Assembly (NCBI GenBank): GCA_030602615.1
Contig: JAUVZM010000005.1
Coordinates: 5,094 to 69,093, forward strand
DNA from: a bacterium
GTDB lineage: Bacteria; Armatimonadota; Zipacnadia; Zipacnadales; Zipacnadaceae
DNA: 64,000 bases
Reading direction: 5' to 3'
A model generated the notes under the pieces. That model did not search any database. It worked only from the letters and a program-made list of their open reading frames with translations, and was not told the origin of the DNA. Position 1 is the first letter of the stretch; every line of letters begins with the position of its first letter. Below, piece by piece: positions 1 to 9,457 of this stretch. The position numbers and the translations under genes were made by a program.

Positions 1-509
1 GCGAAATAGGTGCGCGAGTGGCCATAGCTCGACGGGCCGGACTGCTCCACGACATTGGCAAGGCCGTCGACTTCGAGCGCGAAGGCACTCACGCCCAAAT
101 CAGTATGGAGATCGCCCGCACCCATGGCGAACGCGAAGAGGTCCTTAATCCGATCGGCGCCCATCATGGAGAGATTGAACAGCAGTCGATTGAGGCAGTG
201 TTGGTACAGGCTGCTGACGCTATCTCTGCCGCTCGCCCCGGCGCTCGGCGCGAAACTCTGGAAAGTTACATCAAGCGACTCGAAAGCCTTGAGTCTCTAG
301 CAATGGACTTTGACGGCGTCGAAAAGGTTTACGCCATCCATGCCGGACGGGAGATTCGGGTGTTAGTCAAGCCCGGCGAGATGGACGATGCATCCAGCCA
401 GGAGCTGGCCCGCGATGTGGCCACGCAAATTGAACAGGATATGGACTATCCCGGACAGATACGGGTAACGGTCATCCGCGAGACTCGCGCAATCGAATAC
501 GCCAAATAG
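1..509 (+). CDS. rny: ribonuclease Y, C-terminal part (HD domain); the 5' end lies outside the window
   Basis: The translation contains the HD-domain signature LLHDIGK...HH and a conserved RNase Y C-terminus. The reading frame is open from base 1. The ymdB and spoVS genes follow in the conserved order. Confidence 0.8.
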   Translation, partial: EIGARVAIARRAGLLHDIGKAVDFEREGTHAQISMEIARTHGEREEVLNPIGAHHGEIEQQSIEAVLVQAADAISAARPGARRETLESYIKRLESLESLAMDFDGVEKVYAIHAGREIRVLVKPGEMDDASSQELARDVATQIEQDMDYPGQIRVTVIRETRAIEYAK

Positions 510-540
510 AGATACCTACAAAAACGGGGACTGACACTAA

Positions 541-1338
541 TTGGGAGCACACCGCTTGAACATATTATTTATCGGTGATGTCGTCGGCCGGATCGGTCGC
601 AACGCGATAACTGACAATCTGGCCAGCCTAATTGGCGAATACGACATCGCCTTTACCATCATCAACGCAGAGAACGCGGCCGGAGGCTTCGGGTTGACAC
701 CTGACACGGCAGCACAGCTACTTGATGCCGGGGCCGACTGCCTGACTTCCGGTAACCATATCTGGGCACAAAAAGAGGCTGAACAACTGTTGGATAATGA
801 GCAGCGGGTGTTGCGTCCCGTTAACTATCCTCCAGGCGCGCCCGGCCGGGGCAGCGCAATCTATCAGACGAGCGAGGAGGTAAAGGTGGGCGTCATCAAT
901 CTACTGGGCCGTGTCTTTATGGAGCCAGTAGATTGTCCCTTCCGGTGCGCAGAGTTAGAGGTTGAGCAGATCAGCGAATCCAGCGACCTAATCGTAGTAG
1001 ACTTCCATGGCGAAGCCACCTCTGAGAAGCAGGCTATGGGCTATTTCCTGGACGGGAGAGTAACCGCTGTAATCGGTACTCACACCCACATTCAGACCGC
1101 CGATGAGAAGATCCTGGCCGGGGGCACAGCCTACATCACCGACTGCGGAATGACCGGCCCGGACGATACAGTCATCGGGATTGATAAGCAGACTATTATT
1201 GAGAAGTTTGTATCAGGCCGCCCCCAGCGCTTTGAGGTGCCCAAGTCAGGGCCTTGTCTAATATCAGGTGTAGTGATAGAATGTAATCTCCATACTGGGC
1301 TCGCCGAGACCATAGCGCGGATACATATCACTTACTAA
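541..1338 (+). CDS. ymdB: YmdB-like metallophosphoesterase (2',3'-cyclic-nucleotide phosphodiesterase family, TIGR00282-like)
   Basis: The motifs ILFIGDVVG, GNH and GTHTHIQTADE are typical of the calcineurin-like YmdB family. The gene sits immediately downstream of rny as in Bacillus and Thermus. The start is non-ATG (TTG), or possibly TTG at 556. Confidence 0.8.
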   Translation: MGAHRLNILFIGDVVGRIGRNAITDNLASLIGEYDIAFTIINAENAAGGFGLTPDTAAQLLDAGADCLTSGNHIWAQKEAEQLLDNEQRVLRPVNYPPGAPGRGSAIYQTSEEVKVGVINLLGRVFMEPVDCPFRCAELEVEQISESSDLIVVDFHGEATSEKQAMGYFLDGRVTAVIGTHTHIQTADEKILAGGTAYITDCGMTGPDDTVIGIDKQTIIEKFVSGRPQRFEVPKSGPCLISGVVIECNLHTGLAETIARIHITY

Positions 1339-1508
1339 TAGCAATGTTCCGCAACAGACTGCAGCAGGAATTGTGACCATTACGAAATATTGGTCTTGGA
1401 CTCAATATAGGTACGCCAGTAGCAACAATCGCAGAGCAATCATAGACAGCATCATTGCCATCACGACAATTCACATCGGCACAAGACATCACAAAAGGGG
1501 GAGTAGCG

Positions 1509-1772
1509 GTGAGCCTGCTCAGAGTAGGGTCTAAATCTGATCCGAACAAGGTTGCCGGAGCCATAGCTGGCACGATTAGAGAAGAGGACTCCTGTCAAGT
1601 GCAGACCATTGGCGCCGGTGCCCTCAACCAGGCCATTAAGGCCCTGGCGATTGCCCGCGGCTTCCTGGCTCCTTCGGGGATAGACCTAATCTGCTACCCC
1701 GCCTTTGTGGATGTAACTATAGACGGCAACGAGCGCACGGCTATCAAGCTATTCATAGAAGCACGGCAGTAA
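1509..1772 (+). CDS. spoVS: stage V sporulation protein S family protein
   Basis: The sequence VAGAIAGTIRE...IQTIGAGALNQAIKALAIARGFLAPSGIDLICYPAF...ERTAIKL aligns along its full length to SpoVS. The likely start is GTG at 1509, preceded by AAAGGGGGAG. The ORF-track start at 1455 lacks a ribosome-binding site. Confidence 0.8.
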   Translation: MSLLRVGSKSDPNKVAGAIAGTIREEDSCQVQTIGAGALNQAIKALAIARGFLAPSGIDLICYPAFVDVTIDGNERTAIKLFIEARQ

Positions 1773-1931
1773 CCAACAGGGCTGCGGCCGACTTAGGCAC
1801 AGCGCTACCAGTAAATAGAACCTCATTTGCGACGGACAGGAGCGGCAGCCAAGCGCGGTAGAGAGCAGGCTCGGGCTATACAATAGCCAACCACGATTCG
1901 CAATAGCAGTCAGGCCGCAGGAGCGCTAACA

Positions 1932-3620
1932 ATGAGAGCAGACCTAAGGTGGGAGAGGCGAGCTCCTCAGATTCTTACTTACGTCCTCATAGCCCTGGTT
2001 CTGATATTTCTCTACTTGATATTCATGGCGGGACGGTTCCACGGCCTTACCAATGAAAACGCCATGGACTACGCCCAAGTCGCCCAAAACCTGGCCCAGG
2101 GCGAAGGGTTTACCACCAACTTTATCAAGCCAATTAGTCTGACTCGCAATGCCAGCCTGGCTCGCCACCCGGACTTGACCTACCCCCCAATCCATCCCTG
2201 GTTTACTTCCCTGATTATGCGAGCCATGGGCACCAATGACCGGGCAGCAGCACTGGGCAGTGGAATTCCCTTCCTGCTAACTGTGCCCCTGGTGTTTGTG
2301 TTGACCGGTTGGATCTTCGACCGGCGAACTGCTTGGCTGGCGACGGCCCTGCACTTCACCAATATCGAGATCCTCCACTATGCTATCTCCGGACTGGAAG
2401 TGTGTTTGCTGTCGCTATGGCTGCTTGCACTTTTCATGGTACTGTATCAGTATGCCCAGCGCACCGACCTACAGCCAGCTCTGGCCGGCGCTGTCGGCCT
2501 GCTGATTGGTCTCATTTACCTGACTAAGTACATCTGGGTAGTGGCGCTCATCCCGGTGCTAATATACCTGTACTATTCAACCGAGGACCACACCCGAATT
2601 CGCACGCTCCTAGTGGTCGTTATAGTCTTTGCTGTAGTGATATCTCCGTGGTGTTACCGAACTTACCAGGTCAGCGGCAATCCCTTTTTCACCTGGCGCT
2701 GGTACGAGGTTACTATGAACACGCGGACAAATCCCGGCATGACCCTGTATCGCTCGCTGCCGGAAAAGCTCCCCAATCCGGTGACCTACGCCTTGATCCA
2801 CCCCATGGAGATCTATGAGAAGCTCCGTGCCGGGGTGGTCAATCTCTACAGTGTGCCAGCGCGAGTAGCTGGAGTCTACGCTACACCATTGTTCATTGTT
2901 GCCATTCTGGTGCCCTTGGGGACCGCCAACTTCGAAAGACTCAGGTATCTGCTTTACGGTGTGTTGGTGTTGATGATCGTCTCACTACTGTTCGTAGCAG
3001 CAGCTTCCCGACTGCTCTATCCGGTGGCTCCTCTTCTCACTGTAGTCGCCGCTGCCTTTTTCTTTCGGATTTTGCTGCCATTAGTTCAAGATTATGCCAG
3101 TCCGCTGCGACGGCGTTACACGGCGGTGGGGATTGGCGTACTGATGCTGCTGCATACCACCCCACTACTATTCGCGCTGACCACTCGCCGTCGTCCCGGG
3201 GACAGACCTCCGATACAGCAGAGCCAAGACTGGGCTGACCAAGCCCAAGAACTGGGCGGTTCGCCGATCATCACCGATCAGCCCTGGCTGCTGGCCTGGC
3301 ACAATGATATGACGGTGGTGTGGCTACCCAAGACCGGTGCCGACCTGAAGCGGATCCAACAGCGAGTTGGCCAGTTGCCATGGATGCTGCTGACTCCGGC
3401 AGTTACCCGCAATCAAGTCACCGAACGCACGGAGGAGTGGGCTCGACTGTGGCGACAAGCAGTGGCCCGAGAAGTCCCACCATACTACGGATTCGTGGTT
3501 GCCGAGCGCATAGGCGACGGGACGTGGGTGCTACTGCGCAAGAACCCACAGGCTGGCCCTGTTGCCCCTGCTGCGCCTGAATTGCCCGCCACAGATACAC
3601 TACAGTCATCGGAGCAGTAG
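1932..3620 (+). CDS. GT-C fold membrane glycosyltransferase (family 39/83, ArnT/PMT-like)
   Basis: About 11 predicted transmembrane helices form the N-terminal core. The first loop has the acidic motif ENAMDYAQVAQNL. A C-terminal soluble domain follows. The gene heads an operon with the zinc-ribbon protein and the exosortase. Confidence 0.6.
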   Translation: MRADLRWERRAPQILTYVLIALVLIFLYLIFMAGRFHGLTNENAMDYAQVAQNLAQGEGFTTNFIKPISLTRNASLARHPDLTYPPIHPWFTSLIMRAMGTNDRAAALGSGIPFLLTVPLVFVLTGWIFDRRTAWLATALHFTNIEILHYAISGLEVCLLSLWLLALFMVLYQYAQRTDLQPALAGAVGLLIGLIYLTKYIWVVALIPVLIYLYYSTEDHTRIRTLLVVVIVFAVVISPWCYRTYQVSGNPFFTWRWYEVTMNTRTNPGMTLYRSLPEKLPNPVTYALIHPMEIYEKLRAGVVNLYSVPARVAGVYATPLFIVAILVPLGTANFERLRYLLYGVLVLMIVSLLFVAAASRLLYPVAPLLTVVAAAFFFRILLPLVQDYASPLRRRYTAVGIGVLMLLHTTPLLFALTTRRRPGDRPPIQQSQDWADQAQELGGSPIITDQPWLLAWHNDMTVVWLPKTGADLKRIQQRVGQLPWMLLTPAVTRNQVTERTEEWARLWRQAVAREVPPYYGFVVAERIGDGTWVLLRKNPQAGPVAPAAPELPATDTLQSSEQ

Positions 3621-3623
3621 AAA

Positions 3624-4217
3624 TTGCCGACAAAGACTGACAGTCAGCAAAACCAGCAACAATGTTACCATTGTGGCGCTGAGCTGGCGCCGGGGATGCG
3701 GGTATGCCCTGTCTGCGGCCGCAAGCAAACGCGGACCTGCTATTGTGGGGCAGAGATTCCCGTAACCGCACGGACTTGTCCTGAGTGCGGTGCTGACTGG
3801 TCAGCCAGCCGGCGGGTGAGGCGCAAATCCAAATCCAAACGGATAGACTGGAAACAGTTAACTAAATCCGCAGTGATCGGCGCCCTTATCACTGCGCTGG
3901 CAGCCGCCGGGCTCAGCGCTATCGTCACAGCATTGGCCCGTCGCAGTCTGGACTACGGCCAGCCACTGCCGGCTTCATTTATCCAGCGTCTCTCACTGGC
4001 CCTGACGGCGATGTATAGAGCTGTGGCAACAGTGGCTGATCGCCTGGCCGAGCACGGTGCAGGAGCAGCGACACTGCTGGGGATATTGGTGCTGGGAGCC
4101 GGCGTCGGCGCCGTAGTCTATCTATTCCGTGAGGGCTTCTGGACTCGCTGGCGCTATCGCTCATCGAGCAAGATCAAGCGCAAACGCAGCTCCTCAACCA
4201 CGGACCAAGCAGATTAG
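3624..4217 (+). CDS. double zinc-ribbon membrane protein
   Basis: Two CxxC...CPxC zinc ribbons (CYHCGAE..CPVCG and CYCGAE..CPECG) are followed by two hydrophobic helices and a basic tail. The gene starts 3 nt after the glycosyltransferase stop and ends 2 nt before the exosortase. Confidence 0.55.
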   Translation: MPTKTDSQQNQQQCYHCGAELAPGMRVCPVCGRKQTRTCYCGAEIPVTARTCPECGADWSASRRVRRKSKSKRIDWKQLTKSAVIGALITALAAAGLSAIVTALARRSLDYGQPLPASFIQRLSLALTAMYRAVATVADRLAEHGAGAATLLGILVLGAGVGAVVYLFREGFWTRWRYRSSSKIKRKRSSSTTDQAD

Positions 4218-4219
4218 CA

Positions 4220-5110
4220 ATGGACAGTTTGCCAGCCGACCAAACCAGGACGTTGCCAAGCCCGCAGGCCGCCGACCAGGCTCCTTCTCCCATCCAGCTA
4301 ATCACAGTAGGTGCAGCGCTGCTGCTGGCCTACGGGCATTATATCCTGTGGATGGTCGAACGGTGGTGGGAAAGCCCCTACTACGGGCACGGCTTTCTGA
4401 TCCCCATTATCAGCGGTTACCTGATCTGGCGGGTGCGCGAGCGGCTGTGGCAGCTACCGCGCGAAGATTTCAATTGGGGAATAGTCATTGTGGCCGGCTC
4501 ACTGGTGGTGCATCTTGCTGCCAGCTTTGCCGACGTCCATTTTCCCTCGGGCTTTGCTCTGGTTGGAACAATCTTTGGGCTAGTGGTATGGCTGGGAGGA
4601 CGGGCATGGGGACAGATGCTGATCTTTCCGGTCGGCTTCCTGGCATTTATGGTGCCCCTGGGTCGAATCCTGGTCGAGCAGGTCGCCGGGCCTCTGCAAC
4701 TACTCTCCGCCCAACTGGGCGGCCAGGCCGTAGCAATGATTGGCGGGATAGTCAATATTGAAGGCACGCTCATCCGCACGCCGATCTACACCTTCGAGGT
4801 AGCCATTCCCTGCAGCGGACTAAAATCAACCATTGCTATGACTGCGCTGGCTGCCCTGTTTGCCTATCTGGTGGTGGCGCCGCGGTGGAAGAAGCTGGTG
4901 TTGTTCGTGTGCGCTTTTCCCGTAGCCTTGCTGGCCAACGCTGCCCGCATCTTCGTCACTGTGATTTTAGGTACAACTGTGGGGCCGGCTGTTGCTGAAG
5001 GCTTTTTTCACAGCGTTTCGGGTATTATTGTTTTTCTATTCGGCCTGACCGGTCTGTTCGTCGTGGGGAGAACCCTGGGATGTCTGCAACTGCGCGAAGA
5101 CATCTGGTAG
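4220..5110 (+). CDS. exosortase family protein (XrtA-like transpeptidase)
   Basis: The N-terminus WWESPYYGHGFLIP matches the exosortase start. The catalytic Cys motif AIPCSGLKS and Arg motif NAARIFVTV are present. There are about 8 transmembrane helices. EpsI overlaps directly downstream. Confidence 0.75.
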   Translation: MDSLPADQTRTLPSPQAADQAPSPIQLITVGAALLLAYGHYILWMVERWWESPYYGHGFLIPIISGYLIWRVRERLWQLPREDFNWGIVIVAGSLVVHLAASFADVHFPSGFALVGTIFGLVVWLGGRAWGQMLIFPVGFLAFMVPLGRILVEQVAGPLQLLSAQLGGQAVAMIGGIVNIEGTLIRTPIYTFEVAIPCSGLKSTIAMTALAALFAYLVVAPRWKKLVLFVCAFPVALLANAARIFVTVILGTTVGPAVAEGFFHSVSGIIVFLFGLTGLFVVGRTLGCLQLREDIW

Positions 5111-5733
5111 CCCTGATCATACTGCTGGCCGCGGCCGCAGCGGTGGAAGCCGTCCGCATCATGAGCAGCGCGCCGCCCGCCTTCGCACCCGATTTTGCCA
5201 CATTGCCGATGAAGATCGGTGACTACCAGGGCCAGAACCGCGAAGTTGACGAGTTTATCCGCAAGTATCTGGGCGCCGAACAGATGCTGGAACGCCTCTA
5301 CACCGGCCCAGACGGTTTGGTGAGCGTGACCCTGATCTACGGGGTGGACTGGCGCGACGTTCACTCGCCGGTAAGCTGCTTTCCTGCCCAGGGCTGGCTG
5401 ATCGTCGCTGACGACCCCATCCAGGTACCAGCCCCCGCCGACTCACCGACCCCGGGTGCCGTCCACGCCCGTCTGCTGCGGGTAGTCAAGAATGACCAGT
5501 ATCGGCTGGCTGCCTTCGCCTTCTGCCATCCCGGCGGTACCACCAGTAACTGGATCTACCAGGGATGGAAGGTACTTACCGGCCCACGCGGAGCCGGCGG
5601 AGTCATCGTCATCCTCGACACCGAACCAACCCCCGGCCTAGAACCTGCCCAGCAGCGCCTCAACCAGTTTCTGGCGGCCGTCTACCCCCACGCTGTCAGC
5701 TTCTGGTATCAGGAGCCACAGATCGGCAGTTGA
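5080..5733 (+). CDS. exosortase-associated EpsI family protein
   Basis: A signal or anchor helix is followed by the EpsI hallmark HSPVSCFPAQGW (H-x-P-x-x-C-[LF]-P-x-x-GW). The gene overlaps the exosortase by 31 nt. Confidence 0.7.
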   Translation: MSATARRHLVALIILLAAAAAVEAVRIMSSAPPAFAPDFATLPMKIGDYQGQNREVDEFIRKYLGAEQMLERLYTGPDGLVSVTLIYGVDWRDVHSPVSCFPAQGWLIVADDPIQVPAPADSPTPGAVHARLLRVVKNDQYRLAAFAFCHPGGTTSNWIYQGWKVLTGPRGAGGVIVILDTEPTPGLEPAQQRLNQFLAAVYPHAVSFWYQEPQIGS

Positions 5734-5742
5734 TCACAGGGC

Positions 5743-7317
5743 TCAGCGACCTGGCCCAAGTACGACGACCCCACTATTGCGGTATACAGGCTGCCAGCCG
5801 TGCGCCGCGGCCAGCTCCAGCAACTGGCGACGGGGCAGTGCGCGGGCCCATTGACCCTGGGGCGAGGTTGTCGGCACGGCCACCGCACCGACGCCATAAT
5901 GCCGCCAGACGCGCTCAAGGGCATCAGCATCATCGAAAGGAATCTGCACCACTGGCCGGTCACTGTAGAAACGTACCAGGTACGGGTAGTGTGCCATGAT
6001 AACGCTAGGGGCGGGCAATTGCTGCTTCGCCCAACCCGCCATTTCGATGTGAGCCTGCCGCGATGAGTTGGCCGACTGCTGGCTCACCCGCCAATAGACG
6101 TATCCGCCTATACCCACACAGGCTACCAGCAGCACGACAGCTAACAGACCCGCCTCAGCATCTCTGCGGATTGCCCAAATCCGTCGGGCTATTGTCATGC
6201 CCCCCGCGGCGGCACTGATTGCCACCACCGGTAGTACCGCCAGCAGATAACGAGGCAGGACGATCCAACTCAGCCCCAGCTCCAATATGAGCAGACCTGC
6301 AAAAACCCACAGATTTCTGACCCGGCGGTGATGACCCACACCCAATATGACAATCACACAGGGAACCACAAAGAACAGGCCAACGCCCCCGAACAGTAGG
6401 GCCAGAGCGCGGCCTAGTTGGCCAATAACCGTCGCAGCAGCCCCTGGCAGGCCTGCTTGACTGAGCCAGCCGCCCAGTGAGGGGAGCGGCTCGCCCCAGT
6501 AAACGTGTAGCAGCCCCTGGCCGGAAGCATCCGTCCTGATGTGCCCCGCGGTATGAATGTTTGTCGAATAGACAGGATTGCCAAAAGTCAGATGATTGCG
6601 TATCAGCATCGGCGAGGCAAACAGCAGGACGATGACAGCGAATCCGATCAAATGCAGAAGACGCCGTCGGGTGCTCAACCCGGCTTGATCCAGCCAGTAG
6701 TAGGCCGCCAGGGGAGCCACCAACAGTAGCCCGGCAGGCTTGATGGTACAGGCCAGACCGACAGCAGCCCCGGCCAGCAGTATTGCCCCCTTGCGCTCAC
6801 CAGCACAGAGGGCTGCTAATAATGCTAGCAGCAACAGGCTCGTGAAGAGGACATCGGCTCCGGCGTCCAGCGACTCTTTGAGCCAGTAAGGCCAGGCAAC
6901 GAACAGAATCCCGGCCGCCAGGCAAACTGCGGAGGGAAGTCTTAACTGCTGAACCAGCAGATACACCAGAACAGGAGCAAGCAACAGACCTAACAGCAGG
7001 TTGGGCAAGGTTGCTGCAAATTCACTTTGTCCAAACACCGCCATACTGCCGGCCAATACCAGTGACCATGCCGAGGGACGGCGGTCCTCGGCATGCTGGA
7101 CCGACTGGTAGCGGCGATAGAAATTGCCCACCACCTCGCTGGTCAGGCCCCGTCCAGCCAGCAGATTGCGGGCTACCTCCACATAATTGGCCGGATCATA
7201 CGCTCCCAGCCGCGGCGCGCGCCAAGCCGTAATGAGCCCCGCTACCAACATCAGCCCACAGACAGCAATGAGGATGTGGAAATGTCGGTTCCCTATTGGG
7301 TTGAGCTTTGCTGACAT
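5743..7317 (-). CDS. GT-C fold membrane glycosyltransferase (family 39-like, PMT_2 superfamily)
   Basis: The N-terminal loop motif AYDPANYVEVARNLLAGRG is ArnT/PMT-like. More than 10 transmembrane helices precede a C-terminal soluble domain. The gene is convergent with the exosortase operon. Confidence 0.6.
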   Translation of the reverse strand: MSAKLNPIGNRHFHILIAVCGLMLVAGLITAWRAPRLGAYDPANYVEVARNLLAGRGLTSEVVGNFYRRYQSVQHAEDRRPSAWSLVLAGSMAVFGQSEFAATLPNLLLGLLLAPVLVYLLVQQLRLPSAVCLAAGILFVAWPYWLKESLDAGADVLFTSLLLLALLAALCAGERKGAILLAGAAVGLACTIKPAGLLLVAPLAAYYWLDQAGLSTRRRLLHLIGFAVIVLLFASPMLIRNHLTFGNPVYSTNIHTAGHIRTDASGQGLLHVYWGEPLPSLGGWLSQAGLPGAAATVIGQLGRALALLFGGVGLFFVVPCVIVILGVGHHRRVRNLWVFAGLLILELGLSWIVLPRYLLAVLPVVAISAAAGGMTIARRIWAIRRDAEAGLLAVVLLVACVGIGGYVYWRVSQQSANSSRQAHIEMAGWAKQQLPAPSVIMAHYPYLVRFYSDRPVVQIPFDDADALERVWRHYGVGAVAVPTTSPQGQWARALPRRQLLELAAAHGWQPVYRNSGVVVLGPGR

Positions 7318-7520
7318 GATAGGCCCCCGGATGGCTACCTACCAACAGGCCCAAACAGAATTCAAGGCAACAGCGGCTGGGACCTTCATATCGGGGCAAC
7401 AGCGGGTCAGGTTAGCGGTTACAGGCCTCGACGAGGCAATGAGCAGACCACTGGCGCTATATGATGATTTTATGAGTTAACAGCATCTGCGCCAAGCAAG
7501 TAGCCGCCCACAGCTTGTGG

Positions 7521-9113
7521 CTATGGTTGGCGCTGCACAAACATCGCTGCCCCCCAGAGAATGACACAGATGAGCAGCAGGGGCAGGTCGCCGATGCGGT
7601 GGTAGATTGACAACCTGCTCAGAGGATAGACTTTGGCAACTGTCAGGCCTTCTTCGCCCGCGGCGACCTCGGCGATGCGCCGCCCATAGGGGTTGATTAT
7701 GGCCGAGGGACCCATAGTGGCGGCCCGCACCACATAGCGACGACTTTCGACGGCGCGTACTGAAGCGATGGCCCCGTGCTGGCGCAATTCCGGGCTGTAA
7801 GCCGCCCACGAGTCACTGGTTATGGCGACCAGAACCTGGGCGCCCTTGCGACACAACTCGCGGTTAGGCCCCGCGAAGATTGCCTCCCAACAGATCAGAG
7901 TGCCCAGCGGAACTTCGTCGTATACCCGGAGCAGATTACGCTTGGCTCCCGGCACGATGTTTTGCGAGCGGATCGGATAGCGGCCAACCAACCGGTTGAG
8001 GGGACCCAGGTTCGGGACGTATTCCCCGAACATGACCAGATCAACCTTGCGATAGATATCGATAAGTTTGCCCTCACCGGAAAAAAGATAGGCAGAATTA
8101 TGCACCTGGCCGCCAGCCGCCTCCAGGGCGCCCACCAGCAGGTGGGCGCCTGTCTCCTTCGCGACCTGCTTGACTTCGTCAAGGTACTCGGGTGATTCGT
8201 TGAGCGCCACCGGCAGGGAAGTCTCGGGCCAGACAATCAGATCAGCCAGTATGCGGTCAGCAGACTTGGACGTCATATTGACGTAGGCCAGTCGGCACCG
8301 CTCGGCATCCTCCTGGGTAGTGGGATGCTGTATCGCCACGTTAGCCTGCATCACAATGGTACTTAGCGGTTTGCCGGCGGCGATTTCTCTGACAGAGGGA
8401 GTGACAAATGATCCGCTTTGAATGACCACCGCCCCGCTCAGGATAACTCCAAACACCAGGGCCAGTCCTATGAACACGGGTTTGGCCATCTGGGGATGAG
8501 CCGACTGTCTGGCCTCAAGCTTTGCCAGATGGGTCTGGACAAATATGGAGGCGATCAGAGCATTGGCAAAGACTATGACCAGCGTGACGGCACCAGAACC
8601 CAGAACGCTGGCAATCTGCAGTAGCAACAGCATCTCGTATTGGCTGTAGGCTATATCGCCAAAGTTGACGGCCAGCGCCCCTATGTGGCTGCGGATATAC
8701 TCGACCAGAACCCAGGCAGCAGCCAGCGCCGCCGCGCGTAGCAGCAGGGACCTCACGGCCCGCAAATAGACTGCCAACCAGCCGAACACTGCAAAGAAGA
8801 ATCCCTGGAAGAGAGCCAGCAGAACCAGGGGCAGAACTCCGTACTGCGAGATATAGTAGAAGAACAGCCCGAAAAAGACCATTCCGTAGATGAGGCCGAC
8901 CACGCCGCCCTGCCAGGGCCTGCGTACCTGGCCCAGAACGTAGAAAAGCGGGATTAAGGCTATCCAGGCCACAGCAGCCATCTCGGCAGGAGGAAAACTG
9001 ACAAATAGCAGAACAGCCGATAGCACAGCGCCCGCTGCCATTACTATCCAGGAAGTTGACGAGGCCGGCCGGGAGTTATTAGACCCAACTGTTACAGATT
9101 GGAATGCAATCAT
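7521..9113 (-). CDS. lnt: apolipoprotein N-acyltransferase
   Basis: An N-terminal polytopic membrane part is followed by a CN-hydrolase domain with the motifs LIVWPETSLP, K and LICWEAIF (Glu-Lys-Cys triad). The length of 530 aa is typical. Confidence 0.8.
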   Translation of the reverse strand: MIAFQSVTVGSNNSRPASSTSWIVMAAGAVLSAVLLFVSFPPAEMAAVAWIALIPLFYVLGQVRRPWQGGVVGLIYGMVFFGLFFYYISQYGVLPLVLLALFQGFFFAVFGWLAVYLRAVRSLLLRAAALAAAWVLVEYIRSHIGALAVNFGDIAYSQYEMLLLLQIASVLGSGAVTLVIVFANALIASIFVQTHLAKLEARQSAHPQMAKPVFIGLALVFGVILSGAVVIQSGSFVTPSVREIAAGKPLSTIVMQANVAIQHPTTQEDAERCRLAYVNMTSKSADRILADLIVWPETSLPVALNESPEYLDEVKQVAKETGAHLLVGALEAAGGQVHNSAYLFSGEGKLIDIYRKVDLVMFGEYVPNLGPLNRLVGRYPIRSQNIVPGAKRNLLRVYDEVPLGTLICWEAIFAGPNRELCRKGAQVLVAITSDSWAAYSPELRQHGAIASVRAVESRRYVVRAATMGPSAIINPYGRRIAEVAAGEEGLTVAKVYPLSRLSIYHRIGDLPLLLICVILWGAAMFVQRQP

Positions 9114-9130
9114 AGCCGCAATAGTTCACC

Positions 9131-9451
9131 TCAGCAAGATGCCGCCGGGGCTGCCGGAGCTACGACTTTTCCTCTTGCCAGCTTCTTCAGGAAACGCTCT
9201 ATGCGAACAAGTGCCTCTTTCAGTTGCTCCAGGCCGGTGGCGTAGGTGCATCGTAAGTAGCCCTGACCACTGGCGCCAAAGGCAGTGCCAGGAACTACTG
9301 CCACCGCCTCTTCAAACAGCAATGCCCTGGCGAACTGTTCGGAGGTCAGGCCGGTATGCTCAACAGAGGGAAACGAGTAGAAAGCACCTTTCGGTTCCCC
9401 ACAGGGCAATCCGAGGCTATCACTGAGCAGTTCACAGCTCGATATAGCCAA
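9131..9451 (-). pseudogene. remnant of a class I aminotransferase (C-terminal ~100 aa only)
   Basis: The sequence KGAFYSFP...LLFEEAVAVVPGTAFG..GYLRCTYATGLEQLKEALVRIERFL is the canonical AspC-type C-terminus. There is no room for the ~300-aa PLP-binding N-terminal part, because secF occupies the upstream DNA in another frame. Confidence 0.5.
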
Positions 9452-9457
9452 ACCAGT

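Noticed and set aside
3320-3771. Multiple antisense or overlapping ORFs of 60-200 aa inside large genes (for example 3418..3771-, 4129..4761+, 7776..8195+, 18713..19387-)
   Set aside because: They lie entirely inside better-supported genes on the opposite strand or in another frame. Long spurious ORFs are expected at about 62% GC. None has recognisable motifs or ribosome-binding sites.
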